A stretch of 64,000 nt of DNA, from contig JADZFF010000042.1 in the NCBI GenBank assembly GCA_020850015.1, positions 890 to 64,889 of the forward strand, read 5' to 3'. The DNA comes from Bdellovibrionales bacterium (GTDB taxonomy: Bacteria > Bdellovibrionota > UBA1018 > JADZFF01). This document shows, one piece after another, positions 31,742 through 41,454 of this stretch (position 1 is its first letter; each line of letters begins with the position of its first letter). The position numbers were made by a program, and so were the translations under genes. The notes under the pieces are model-generated. The model worked only from the letters and a program-made list of their open reading frames with translations, was not told the origin of the DNA and ran no database searches.

Positions 31742-31878
31742 TGGGGGTCTCCTCCCGTTAGAAACTTGATGCGGAGCGTTTATCAGAGGAGGGAGAGTTC
31801 CGCCAGCTTGGCAAAAAATCAGTAAATACAACGAATTACATCAGAAGAGCGCCCGGGGTCCTAACGCAATGCATCAGC

Positions 31879-33387
31879 CTAACCGGTCACGAGGCCCTTC
31901 TTGCGAAGGAGCTTCAGGGCCGAGTCGTTCACGTAAACGCTCGGGACGAAATGGGAGAGGTTCGCTAGGTGCCGGATCAGGGAGTTCTCCCGCTCCAGCA
32001 GGAGACTGGGGGTTCCATCCTTCGAAACGAGCTTCACGGGATCTCTCTCAAGATAGAGGTTCTCGCTCGAACCCTTTTCCGTCAGCGAATCCATGCCCGT
32101 CGCCATCTGGAGCCCTTTTTCGGGCACCTCGGCTAGGATCCACTCCGTGCCCGTGCCGTGTTTCTCCAAGGCCGACTCAAGCTCGCCCACCCGTTCCTTC
32201 ACTCTGGCGATGAGCTTTTCGCGCTCCCCGCGCTTGGCCTTGCTCCCGTCCAGGAGTCGGTGCTGGAACAGCGGGTCCTGGACGGTCTTCGGCGCGCGCC
32301 GGTAGAGCAGCATCTCGATCTGTTCGCTCACCTTGGGGTCCTGAATCAGGCCCTGGTACCGGATCTCCTGGCAGCGGGTGATGAAGTAGTGATCGTTCCA
32401 CCAGAAGAAGCGCTCATCTTTCTGGTCGATGAGCTCGAGCAAATCCTGGAACTGGTGGATCAGATCCTTCTCCAGGAGGGCCTTGGCCACGCGCGTGCTC
32501 ATGCGGTCGAACTTCGAGGTCCCCGGGTTGCGAACCACCTGGCTGTACCAGTGGAAGCGCGAAATGAGGAAATCCTCCACCGCGTGGATCGCGCTCTCCC
32601 GCACGCCGAAGCCGAGCTGATCCTTGCCCACGGAATAGGTCACCAGGTTCGCGAGCAGGTATTCGCGGTCGAACTGGCCGTACTGGATGCCGGTGTAGTG
32701 CGCGTCGCGCAGCAGGTAGTCCATGCGGTCGGAGTCGAGGTCCGAATGCATGAGCTGATTGGCGATGAGGTATTGGGAGTCGCCCTTGATCAGCCGCGAG
32801 ATGAAGGCGACGTCGATCCCGTAATCCTCGAGTATCCGGGTGATCCCGCCCTCGTGAGAGGTGTTCTTGATGATGAAGCTTCCCAGGTGCTCGTGGTTGT
32901 TGGGGAGCTCCTTCAGATCCTTGCTGCGGCCCTCGCCGTCCTCGCGGGTCCGGCGCGCGTCGTTTCCGTGCCGGATGTAAGCATTTTCGATGGAATGGCT
33001 GAAGGGAAAGGTGCCGATATCGTGGAGCAGGGCCGAGATCCGCAAGCTCTTGTGGAGCATCACGGGCGCGCTTGTGGCGCGAGGGTCGAAGAGCTCGTCG
33101 TCCGTCACCGCCAGGCCCAGCGCCCGAAGCATCCTGTGCATGGAATGCATGACACCGATCGCATGCGAGAAGCGCGTGTGCTCGGCACCCGGGAAGATGT
33201 AGTTCGAGAAGCTCAGCTGCTTGATCCAACGGAGGCGCTGAAAAAAGGCCGAGCTGATGATTTTTTCCTCCCAGTCGGTCACCGGTATGAAGCCGTGGAG
33301 CACGTCAAAGATCACGGACGCGTTCTTCGGCACGGAGGGTTTTTGAATGTGCTCGGCCAGGCGGGTGACGGGGGGTTTCTGCGCCAT
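31879..33387 (-). CDS. HD-domain phosphohydrolase (dNTP triphosphohydrolase / SAMHD1-like architecture)
   Basis: FQRLRWIKQL, HTRFSHAIGV, LLHDIGTFPFSH, DSDRMDYLLRDAHYTG. 502 aa, 20 nt downstream of thrS. Confidence 0.75.
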   Translation of the reverse strand: MAQKPPVTRLAEHIQKPSVPKNASVIFDVLHGFIPVTDWEEKIISSAFFQRLRWIKQLSFSNYIFPGAEHTRFSHAIGVMHSMHRMLRALGLAVTDDELFDPRATSAPVMLHKSLRISALLHDIGTFPFSHSIENAYIRHGNDARRTREDGEGRSKDLKELPNNHEHLGSFIIKNTSHEGGITRILEDYGIDVAFISRLIKGDSQYLIANQLMHSDLDSDRMDYLLRDAHYTGIQYGQFDREYLLANLVTYSVGKDQLGFGVRESAIHAVEDFLISRFHWYSQVVRNPGTSKFDRMSTRVAKALLEKDLIHQFQDLLELIDQKDERFFWWNDHYFITRCQEIRYQGLIQDPKVSEQIEMLLYRRAPKTVQDPLFQHRLLDGSKAKRGEREKLIARVKERVGELESALEKHGTGTEWILAEVPEKGLQMATGMDSLTEKGSSENLYLERDPVKLVSKDGTPSLLLERENSLIRHLANLSHFVPSVYVNDSALKLLRKKGLVTG

Positions 33388-33407
33388 GGGAGTCCGCCTA
33401 CCAGGCC

Positions 33408-35207
33408 TCAGGCCCGAAGCCCCGTCACGTGCTTGGACACGTCGTTGAGCCCCTGGAACAGCTCGAACACCCCTGCGCGGGGGAGCGTGGCGGTGGCTTG
33501 CTCGCCGTACTTGCGCATCGAGATCTCGTTGGCCTGCACCTCGCGCTCGCCGATCACGAGCATGAAGGGGATCTTGGCCTTCTGGGCCTCACGGGTCTTG
33601 TAGCCCATGGACTCGTTGCGGTCGTCGAGCTCGGCACGGAAACCCAGCGCGCGCATCTCGTCGCGAAGTGTGCGTGCGAAGTCGTGCTGGGCGTCGCTCA
33701 CAGGCACGATCCGCGCCTGCACGGGCGCGAGCCAGAAGGGGAAGGCCCCGCCCGTGTGCTCGATCAGGATGCCAAAGAAACGTTCGAGCGACCCCAGCAC
33801 CGCTCGGTGGATCATCACCGGGCGGTGGGCGGCGTTGTCGGCCCCCGTGTAGTTGAGGTCGAAGCGCTCGGGGAGGTTGAAGTCGAGCTGGATGGTGCCG
33901 AGCTGGTGCCCGCGTTTGAGCGCGTCGCGCACCACGAAGTCGATCTTCGGGCCGTAGAAGGCGCCGTCGCCCGGGTTCACCGTGTAGGGGTGCCCCAAGG
34001 TATCGAGCGTGGACTTGAGCGCGGCCTCGGCCTGATCCCAGAGTGAATCGTCACCCACGCGCTTCGTGGGGCGTGTCGACAGGAAGATCTTCACGTCCGA
34101 GAAATCGAAGAGCTTGTAGGTGTCGAGGATCATCCGCACGATCTTGCCGATCTCGGACTCGATCTGCTCGGGCGTGACGTAGAGGTGCGCGTCGTCCTGG
34201 CAGAAGCCGCGCACGCGAGTCATGCCCGCGGTGACGCCTGAACGCTCATAGCGATGCACGAAGCCGAACTCCGCCATCCGAAGGGGCAGGTCGCGGTACG
34301 AGTACTTGGAGTTGCCGTACACCATGCAGGCGCCCGGGCAGCTCATAGGCTTGATGGCGAACTCGCGCTCGTCCACCTCGGTGAAGAACATGTTCTCTTT
34401 GTAGTTGTCGTAGTGGCCGCTCTTCTTCCAGAGGGCAGCGTCCAGGATCTGCGGGGTCAGGATCTCGTCAAAGCCGTACTTGAAGTTCAGGGCGCGCACG
34501 TAGTCGCGGAGCTTGTTGTAAACCACCATCCCTTTGGGGTGGATGAAGGGCATGGCCGGGCCCACGGGCTGGAAGCTGAAGAGATCGAGCTCCTTGCCGA
34601 GCTTGCGATGGTCGCGTTTCTTGGCCTCCTCCAAAAAGTGCACATACTCGGCGAGCTCTTCCTTGGAGAGGAAGGCCACCCCGTAGATGCGCTGGAGCTG
34701 GGGGTTCTTCTCGCTCCCACGCCAGTAGGCGCCGGCGATGGAGGTGAGCTTGTAGGCTTTGATCTTCGAGGGCTTCTCGACATGGGGGCCGCGGCAAAGG
34801 TCCGTAAACTCGCCCTCGCTGTAGGTTGATACGGTCTTGGCGCCGAACTTGGTCTGCAGATCTTTGATGATCTCCACCTTGAAGGGCTGGCCCATCTTCT
34901 CGAACATCGCGATCGCCTCGTCCACCGGATGCTCCTGGCGGACGAAGGGTTTGTTCTCGCGGATGATGTGGTCCATCGTCTTTTCGATCTTCTTCAGATC
35001 TTCAGGCGTGAGCACCACGTCGAGCGCGATGTCGTAATAGAAGCCGTTCTCCACGGTGGGGCCGATCCCGAACTTGGCCTGGGGCCAGAGGCGCGACACG
35101 GCGTGGGCCATCACGTGCGCGCAGGAGTGGCGCATGGTCTCCACCTCTGAGGTGATCTCGGCTTCTTCTAAACCTTCCAACTGGGGGGAATTCGGCGATT
35201 GCGACAT
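33408..35207 (-). CDS. thrS: threonine--tRNA ligase lacking the N-terminal TGS domain
   Basis: Begins ...TMRHSCAHVMAHAVSRLWP (editing/SAD domain) at residue ~25. Class II core and anticodon-binding domain follow. 599 aa. Confidence 0.93.
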   Translation of the reverse strand: MSQSPNSPQLEGLEEAEITSEVETMRHSCAHVMAHAVSRLWPQAKFGIGPTVENGFYYDIALDVVLTPEDLKKIEKTMDHIIRENKPFVRQEHPVDEAIAMFEKMGQPFKVEIIKDLQTKFGAKTVSTYSEGEFTDLCRGPHVEKPSKIKAYKLTSIAGAYWRGSEKNPQLQRIYGVAFLSKEELAEYVHFLEEAKKRDHRKLGKELDLFSFQPVGPAMPFIHPKGMVVYNKLRDYVRALNFKYGFDEILTPQILDAALWKKSGHYDNYKENMFFTEVDEREFAIKPMSCPGACMVYGNSKYSYRDLPLRMAEFGFVHRYERSGVTAGMTRVRGFCQDDAHLYVTPEQIESEIGKIVRMILDTYKLFDFSDVKIFLSTRPTKRVGDDSLWDQAEAALKSTLDTLGHPYTVNPGDGAFYGPKIDFVVRDALKRGHQLGTIQLDFNLPERFDLNYTGADNAAHRPVMIHRAVLGSLERFFGILIEHTGGAFPFWLAPVQARIVPVSDAQHDFARTLRDEMRALGFRAELDDRNESMGYKTREAQKAKIPFMLVIGEREVQANEISMRKYGEQATATLPRAGVFELFQGLNDVSKHVTGLRA

Positions 35208-35302
35208 GCCGGCGTCAGGCTAGCACAAGTCGCCAGGGCGCTCCACGCCGGGCTGGCCCGCGAATTGCCCTAAGGACCCCCGAAGTCTGAAAGGAGGACT
35301 TT

Positions 35303-36592
35303 ATGATGATGATGAACAGTAAAGTGTTGTGGGGTGCCGGCAACGGCCTGGGGGCGAAAGCCCTGAGTGTGTGTCTGGGGGCGGCGTTGGCCGCGTCGGT
35401 GGCAGTTTCCCAGGGCTGCGGGCCGGCGGGAAGCAAGGCGAGCCGGGGGGCGGGGCCCGTGCGGAGCGCACAGACGGGAACGCCGGAGGCCGAAGAACTG
35501 GCTCTTGGGCTCAAGATCGGTGTGGCCGCGGCGGCCGATGCCGAGACTGGAGCGATGGGGGGGACCCGGCCGAGCACGGAACGCGCCATCCGCTTCACCC
35601 TGGTGGACGATGGAAACTCGCTCAATCTTCTGGAACCGCTCGAGTTCAAGCCGGGCTCGACGGGCGAGGTGCAGCCCCTGTTCATCACCTTGGGCGGCAC
35701 GATCGCTTCGCAGCCGATTACCAACGCCGATTTCTCCCATAAGGTGATGAAGGTCGACAGCTCGGTGCAGGGCCCGTTTCCCACGCGCGTGTTCTCTCAT
35801 GATGCGCCCTCGGGTCGCTGGTTTCTGGAGGTGGGAGACCTTCTTGAAGAGGCCCAGGTTGCCGTGGATGCGGAGGACCTCCATATTCTTGAGGCTCGCT
35901 TCGTTCTCGCGAACGGGGCGACGCGTAGCCTCAACCTGATGTTTCGGCTGCGCATGCAGGCTCCCGCGCTTGAGATCGTCTCGGGCTCGGGGCCCGTGGG
36001 CGGGATTCCGGGCGCCGGGAGTACCCTGGTTTACCGAGAGATCGTTCGGAACGCGGGCAACTTCAAGGTTCGCGTGTTGAGCAGGGTCACGGGAACGGGT
36101 GCGGTCGACTCCTGGCTCAAGACTCAGAAGTTCAAGGCGAAGGACGGCTACCTTCAGGACGTGAAGGACACGGTGGAGCACGCTTCGGGCGCGCTGAGGT
36201 ATCTGATCGGGGCCGAGAACGGGGTACATGTCCCGGGCTGGCTCTCGATCGAGCTCGCGCCGGGCGAGACGGCGACGCTCGAGTGGATTGCCGAGCCGGC
36301 CGGCGCGGTGTGTGCGGTCAGCGGTCCAAGGAAGCGCAAGTTCCGCATGCTCATGGTCGGAAACGTGAAGTTTGATCAGACCTGGAGGTGGAAGGGGGCA
36401 CGCATGGTGGGTTCGGTCGTTCGTGAGCTCCGGGTGGCCCAGTCGCAGCTTTCGGCCGCGCAGATCCTCTCGGCGACGCCCGAGACCTCGGGCGTTTCCA
36501 TTGAGCGGGCCGTTCAGGAGCTCGGCGCAAGCCAGGGGTCCGGCGGCGCCCGCACCCGCGACTACTCCTGCCAAGGCGTAGTGGTGCGCTGA
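35303..36592 (+). CDS. lipoprotein, function unknown (429 aa)
   Basis: Signal and lipobox ALSVCLGAALAASVAVSQGC; beta-rich body; no motif recognised. The long antisense ORFs here are rejected. Confidence 0.6.
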   Translation: MMMMNSKVLWGAGNGLGAKALSVCLGAALAASVAVSQGCGPAGSKASRGAGPVRSAQTGTPEAEELALGLKIGVAAAADAETGAMGGTRPSTERAIRFTLVDDGNSLNLLEPLEFKPGSTGEVQPLFITLGGTIASQPITNADFSHKVMKVDSSVQGPFPTRVFSHDAPSGRWFLEVGDLLEEAQVAVDAEDLHILEARFVLANGATRSLNLMFRLRMQAPALEIVSGSGPVGGIPGAGSTLVYREIVRNAGNFKVRVLSRVTGTGAVDSWLKTQKFKAKDGYLQDVKDTVEHASGALRYLIGAENGVHVPGWLSIELAPGETATLEWIAEPAGAVCAVSGPRKRKFRMLMVGNVKFDQTWRWKGARMVGSVVRELRVAQSQLSAAQILSATPETSGVSIERAVQELGASQGSGGARTRDYSCQGVVVR

Positions 36593-36607
36593 GCGAAGTG
36601 GTGGCAT

Positions 36608-36633
36608 AGCTCACGGCATGGAAGCCGTGAGCT
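36608..36633 (+). promoter_or_regulatory. 10-bp perfect hairpin presenting the rimI ATG in its loop
   Basis: AGCTCACGGC-ATGGAA-GCCGTGAGCT. The loop holds codons 1-2 of rimI and the left arm occupies the Shine-Dalgarno position. The hairpin starts 16 nt after the upstream stop. Confidence 0.5.
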
Positions 36634-37100
36634 TGCGCCGCGCCACCGAGGACGACCTCGAGGGACTGGCGGCCTTGGAGCAGCGATGCCAGCCCGCCCC
36701 CTGGACTCGAGAGCAGTTTCAGGCGGAATTCTTGAAGCCATACAGTCAGGTAATTCTGCTGACCGACGATGAAACCGACGAACGGATTCTGGGCTACATC
36801 GTGTTCTGGGTCGTCTTCGACGAGACCCAGATTCTCAACGTGGCCGTGGAACCTGACGCAAGGGGCCTAGGATATGGACGTAGACTGGTCGCAGCGGCGG
36901 TGAAAGCAGCGCTTCGAGCTCAGTCGAAGCGGGTCACGCTCGACGTTCGGGTGGGAAATCTGGGGGCGATCGCCCTCTATGAGCGGTGCAAGTTCGTGAA
37001 ATCCCACGTCCGAAAGGCCTTCTACTCGGACGGCGAGGATGGAATTCAGATGGACCTTTTCCTCGGAGAAGGCCGGGTTTTGCCGGACTTTTTGAACTGA
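36618..37100 (+). CDS. rimI: ribosomal-protein-alanine N-acetyltransferase (GNAT)
   Basis: QILNVAVEPDARGLGYGRRLV...VTLDVRVGNLGAIALYERCKF. 160 aa. Confidence 0.75.
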   Translation: MEAVSLRRATEDDLEGLAALEQRCQPAPWTREQFQAEFLKPYSQVILLTDDETDERILGYIVFWVVFDETQILNVAVEPDARGLGYGRRLVAAAVKAALRAQSKRVTLDVRVGNLGAIALYERCKFVKSHVRKAFYSDGEDGIQMDLFLGEGRVLPDFLN

Positions 37101-37133
37101 TCGAGCGCTTGCCAGCCCCCCACACGCTGTGTA

Positions 37134-37868
37134 ATGTCCGCGACGCTCTTATATATGAAGAAGTTTGTACGGTATTCGGCCGCTGCCCTTGGGCTCGCGG
37201 CAGTCGGCATGGCGATCCTGGGCGCGCGCAGTGTGCCCGGCTCTGCTCCCGGAACTTGGCTCGCCCAGTCATTCTGGGATGGCACGCCTGCGTCTCTGAC
37301 CGAGAGTTGGGGAGACACGGCTCCTGAGTGGGTGGCAGAGGTGTTCCGGCGGCATCTTCGGAAGTTTCCGAAGTCTCGGTCTTCCGAGCTCGCGCAGCAC
37401 CTCCTGGTGCTTTGTCGCAAGCACTCCCTGGAGCCCGCGCTCGTGCTCGCGCTGATTCATGCAGAGAGCTCCTTCCGGACAGATGCGGTGTCCTATCGCG
37501 GGGCCGTCGGATTGATGCAGATCATGCCGGCGACTGCGCGCTATGTGTCAGACCGGTGGGGCATTCCGCTCAAGGGCCCCGAAGAGCTGTTCGATCCCTT
37601 CAAGAACCTCTCGCTCGGCGTAGCTTACCTCGCCTACCTTCGCGACAGGTACGAGAGCAATCTCGTGCACATGCTTGCAGCCTACAACCTGGGGCCGGGC
37701 CGGGTCGATGAGCTCATGACCGCGACTGGCCTGCGCCTCCGGGGGGCCAAGCGGTACGTGGATACCATCACCCGTGCCCTCTTCGAGTTGCGCGAGCCCC
37801 GCCGGGGCCCCGCCGTGGAAGCTTCGACCTGGCTCAAGGCCATGGGCGTGGGGAAAGCCGGTGTTTGA
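37134..37868 (+). CDS. lytic transglycosylase (SLT domain)
   Basis: PALVLALIHAESSFRTDAVSYRGAVGLMQIMPATA...AAYNLGPGRV. Confidence 0.85.
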   Translation: MSATLLYMKKFVRYSAAALGLAAVGMAILGARSVPGSAPGTWLAQSFWDGTPASLTESWGDTAPEWVAEVFRRHLRKFPKSRSSELAQHLLVLCRKHSLEPALVLALIHAESSFRTDAVSYRGAVGLMQIMPATARYVSDRWGIPLKGPEELFDPFKNLSLGVAYLAYLRDRYESNLVHMLAAYNLGPGRVDELMTATGLRLRGAKRYVDTITRALFELREPRRGPAVEASTWLKAMGVGKAGV

Positions 37869-38235
37869 GCTGCGTGTGGAGGTCGACTTCGCCGCGGCCC
37901 ACCACCTTGAGGGGTATCCGGGCGATTGTGCGCGCCCCCATGGCCACAATTGGGTGCTCGAGGTCTACGCCCGCTCGCGCCGGGTGGACTCGGTGGGAAT
38001 GGCCATCGACTTCCGGGATCTGAAGCGGGCGGTGAAGGAAGTGGTGGCCCCGTGGGATCACCAGGACCTGAACCTGCTCCAAGATTTTCAGACGATCAAC
38101 CCCTCGGCGGAGCAGATCGCCAAACTTGCCTACGATCGCCTCAAGGCCCAGATCAACCACAACGAAACCTGGATCGATCGCGTGACGATCTGGGAGAACT
38201 CCCGCTGCTCCGCGACCTACTTCGAGGAGCGCTAG
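37861..38235 (+). CDS. queD: 6-carboxy-5,6,7,8-tetrahydropterin synthase
   Basis: VFELRVEVDFAAAHHLEGYPGDCARPHGHNWVLEV. GTG start at residue 30 of ORF 37774..38235, overlapping the slt stop by 8 nt. Confidence 0.88.
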   Translation: MFELRVEVDFAAAHHLEGYPGDCARPHGHNWVLEVYARSRRVDSVGMAIDFRDLKRAVKEVVAPWDHQDLNLLQDFQTINPSAEQIAKLAYDRLKAQINHNETWIDRVTIWENSRCSATYFEER

Positions 38236-38238
38236 ACC

Positions 38239-38925
38239 GTGGGCGCCAGCACCCGTGCCCGTTCGGTGGTGCTGCTGTCGGGGGGGCTCGATTCCGCCGC
38301 TAACCTCGCGCTTTGCTCGGTTCATGATGAGCCCGTGCTGGCTCTGACCGTGGACTACGGTCAGAGGGCCCTGGTTCGCGAGGTTCGGGCGGCCGCCGAG
38401 CTTGCCGCCCATTATCGGGTGGAGCACCGGGTGATGGAGCTTCGTTGGCTGGGAGCCTTGGGCGGCAGCGCTCTCACCGACTCCACGCGTGACGTGCCGC
38501 AGCTGGAGCGGCGCGAACTCGACGACCCGGGCGTGACCCGCGGGTCGGCCGCCGCTGTTTGGGTGCCGAACCGGAACGGGGTGCTCTTGAACGTTGCGGC
38601 GGCGCTAGCGGAGGCTCGGGGAGCCACCCGCGTGGTAGTGGGCTTCAATCGCGAGGAAGCGGCCACTTTCCCCGACAACAGCACCGAGTTTTTGGATTGC
38701 GTCACCCAGGCCCTGGCGTACTCTACCGCGAACCGCGTCACGGCCTACTGCTACACGGATCGCCTGAACAAACAGGAGATCGTGGCGCGCCTGCTGCGGG
38801 AGGCGCCGAGCTTCCCATTTGGCGCGGTTTGGAGCTGCTATCACGGGGCCGAAAGCGCCTGCGGGACCTGTGAGTCTTGCGGGCGCCTGAGGCGAGCATT
38901 GGAAGCGAACGGTGTGACGGTCTGA
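38239..38925 (+). CDS. queC: 7-cyano-7-deazaguanine synthase
   Basis: PP-loop VVLLSGGLDSA. C-terminal Zn cluster CYHGAESACGTCESCGRL. Confidence 0.92.
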   Translation: MGASTRARSVVLLSGGLDSAANLALCSVHDEPVLALTVDYGQRALVREVRAAAELAAHYRVEHRVMELRWLGALGGSALTDSTRDVPQLERRELDDPGVTRGSAAAVWVPNRNGVLLNVAAALAEARGATRVVVGFNREEAATFPDNSTEFLDCVTQALAYSTANRVTAYCYTDRLNKQEIVARLLREAPSFPFGAVWSCYHGAESACGTCESCGRLRRALEANGVTV

Positions 38926-38948
38926 GCGGAAGGGTCTGAGGGAGTTTC

Positions 38949-39548
38949 ATGCGGCCATCGGGCATCACCACCCACTGGGACGAACGCGAGCGAGAGTACC
39001 GCGGCCCTGAGCTGCGCCCGCACTTCGTGCTCGCGACATTTGGGGTGAAAGGCTCGGCGCTCGCGGCCTTCGAGGGGCCCTGCCGGGTGGACACGGAGCA
39101 CCTCGTGGACTGGGAAGATCGGCTGGCCTCTGACCGGATCGAAGCGCGCCGCATGATCCACTTCCTGGGCGAGTTCTTCGGCGTGACGCTGGCCGAGGGA
39201 GTCTGGATCCAGAGGCTCTTCATGTCGATCGTGGGTGACCGCCTGGCCCGGAGGTTGGCTACGGCCGGGCGCTGGAGCGTTCGACGGGAGGGCGATGATC
39301 TCTTTGTTGCGGCCAGGGGCGGGTCGGAGGAGCGCAAGCTCTCCGTTTCGATCGTGACAGCCTCGCCGGTTTCCCTGCTTCTTCACGCGGGGATCAACAT
39401 TGATCCCGCTGGCGCTCCGGTGCCTGCGGTAGGGCTGGCTGAGCTCGGGGTGGAGGCGCCTGCCTTCGCGCGGGAGTGTCTGGAGGCCTTTGCCGAGGAG
39501 TGGCGGGGCGTGGAGTGGGCCTGTGTGAAGGTTCGGCCGGTAGGCTGA
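38949..39548 (+). CDS. uncharacterised protein, DUF366-like, in the queDC operon (199 aa)
   Basis: Motifs RMIHFLGEFFG, REGDDLFV, KLSVSIVTASPVSLLLHAGINID and CVKVRPV resemble my recollection of the DUF366 family. Not verifiable without an HMM search. Confidence 0.45.
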   Translation: MRPSGITTHWDEREREYRGPELRPHFVLATFGVKGSALAAFEGPCRVDTEHLVDWEDRLASDRIEARRMIHFLGEFFGVTLAEGVWIQRLFMSIVGDRLARRLATAGRWSVRREGDDLFVAARGGSEERKLSVSIVTASPVSLLLHAGINIDPAGAPVPAVGLAELGVEAPAFARECLEAFAEEWRGVEWACVKVRPVG

Positions 39549-39561
39549 GGAGGCCTAGAGG

Positions 39562-40743
39562 ATGGAGTCCAAGACAATGAATCTCGTGGTTCCGGATTAC
39601 ATCCGCAGCATCATTCCCTACGTGCCGGGAAAGCCCATCGGCGAGACCCAGCGCGAGCTCGGAATTCGCAAGGTGGTGAAGCTGGCCTCGAACGAAAACC
39701 CGCTGGGGCCGAGCCCCCGCGCGGCGGCTGCCGTCCGCAAGGCCCTCAAGGACCTTCACCGTTATCCCGACGCCTCGGCTTACGAGCTCAAGCTCGCGAT
39801 CAACCGCCATCTGGGCATCGACCCGGGGCGGATCGTGACCGGGAACGGTTCGAACGACGTGATTGATCTGCTGGTGCGCGCGTTCTGCCAGCCGGGCGAC
39901 GCCATAGTCACCTCGCAGGCTGCCTTCATCGCTTACCGGATCTGCGCGCAAATCCAGGGCGTGCGCAGCCTGGAGGCTCCGCTGACTCCCGACATGCGTT
40001 TCGACCTCGGGGCGATCGCGGAGCTCGTGCGCCGGGATCCAAAGGCTCGAATGGTGTTCGTGGCCAACCCCAACAATCCCACAGGCACCTACTCCTCTCG
40101 CGAGGAACTTCGATCCTTCCTGAAGGAGATGACCCAGATTCGTGGGGGTTCGGTGCTCACGGTGCTCGACTACGCCTACTGGGAGTACGTCACGGCCGCG
40201 GACCTTCCGGATCCGGCAGAGCTCCTGAAGGAGTTCCCTCAGGTCGTGGTGCTGCGGACCTTCTCGAAGATCTACGGGCTCGCCGGGCTTCGTGTTGGCT
40301 ACGGCGTCGCAGCGCCGGAGGTAATCGCCACGCTCGATAAAATCCGGCAGCCCTTCAACCTCAACGTCATAGCGCTGGCCGCAGGGGCCGCGGCCCTTTC
40401 CGACAAGGCCTTCGTGAAGCGCGCCCGTGAAGCCAACATCCAGGGCATGGCTTTCTGGGAGAAGGGGCTCGAGCGCCTCTCGGTGCCCTACCTTCCCAGC
40501 CAGGGGAACTTCCTCCTCGCGGACGTGCGGCGGGGAATGGGCAAGCGCGGCTCTGACGTCTACGTGGCCTGCCTGAAAAAGGGCGCGATCTTTCGGCCGG
40601 TGGCGAACTACGGGCTCGACGGCTGGCTTCGCATCAGTATCGGCACCGCGGCGGAGAATCGATTCGCGCTTGAGGTGCTCACGGCAGAGAGCGGCCGGAA
40701 CGTGAAAGCGGGGCGCTCACCCCGGAAGGGAAGCATCCGATGA
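39562..40743 (+). CDS. hisC: histidinol-phosphate aminotransferase
   Basis: IPYVPGKPIGE...KLASNENPLGPSP...RTFSKIYGLAGLRVGY. 393 aa. Confidence 0.9.
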   Translation: MESKTMNLVVPDYIRSIIPYVPGKPIGETQRELGIRKVVKLASNENPLGPSPRAAAAVRKALKDLHRYPDASAYELKLAINRHLGIDPGRIVTGNGSNDVIDLLVRAFCQPGDAIVTSQAAFIAYRICAQIQGVRSLEAPLTPDMRFDLGAIAELVRRDPKARMVFVANPNNPTGTYSSREELRSFLKEMTQIRGGSVLTVLDYAYWEYVTAADLPDPAELLKEFPQVVVLRTFSKIYGLAGLRVGYGVAAPEVIATLDKIRQPFNLNVIALAAGAAALSDKAFVKRAREANIQGMAFWEKGLERLSVPYLPSQGNFLLADVRRGMGKRGSDVYVACLKKGAIFRPVANYGLDGWLRISIGTAAENRFALEVLTAESGRNVKAGRSPRKGSIR

Positions 40744-41453
40744 CGGCTGCGGCGATTCCAAAACGCGGAGCGGTGGTGGCCATCGATGGGCCCGCCGGAA
40801 CGGGCAAGAGCTCCGTGACGAAACGCCTGGCCGAGCTGCTTCATTTCGTGCACGTGGATACGGGCGCTCTGTACCGCAGTATCGCGCTGCTTTGTGCGCG
40901 TTTGGGTCTCGACCGAGAAGGTTATGACGAGGGACTCGTGACCGAGCTCGCGCGCAAGGCGCATCTGGAGTTCAAGCGTCGCTCGGATCTCAATCCCGCG
41001 AACCGGATCTTCGTGAACGGTGAAGACGTCACCGAGCTGATCCGCACGCCCGAGATCAGCATGGGAGCGTCGAAAATCTCTGCGATCCCGGGGGTGCGCG
41101 CGGCGCTGCTGGGTCTGCAGCGCTCCTTGGGCTGTGCTGGCGACTCGATCCTCGAGGGCCGCGACATCGGAACTGTCGTGTTCCCGGATGCCGATGCGAA
41201 GTTTTTCCTCACGGCGAGCGTGGAGGAGCGGGCCAAGCGTCGTCTCTCGGAGATGGAAGCGCAGGGCAAGGATCCACCCTCGTACCAGGAGATGAAGCGG
41301 CAAATCGCCCAGCGCGACAAGCAGGATTCCGAGCGCGAGATCGCGCCCCTGCGGAAGGCCAACGACGCCGTGGAAATCGATACCTCGCGCCTCACGCTCG
41401 ACGAGGTCGTGGAGCGCATGGCGGGCGAGATCCGCACGCGCCTGGGGCGCTGA
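40740..41453 (+). CDS. cmk: cytidylate kinase
   Basis: VVAIDGPAGTGKSSVTKRLA...HVDTGALYR. 4-nt overlap with hisC. Confidence 0.92.
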   Translation: MTAAAIPKRGAVVAIDGPAGTGKSSVTKRLAELLHFVHVDTGALYRSIALLCARLGLDREGYDEGLVTELARKAHLEFKRRSDLNPANRIFVNGEDVTELIRTPEISMGASKISAIPGVRAALLGLQRSLGCAGDSILEGRDIGTVVFPDADAKFFLTASVEERAKRRLSEMEAQGKDPPSYQEMKRQIAQRDKQDSEREIAPLRKANDAVEIDTSRLTLDEVVERMAGEIRTRLGR

Positions 41454-41454
41454 C

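Noticed and set aside
35270-36607. 445-aa minus-strand ORF antisense to the 35303..36592 lipoprotein gene (and 35215..35784)
   Set aside because: It has no export or catalytic features and is Arg/Pro/His-rich. The plus-strand ORF has a proper lipobox and a coherent composition.
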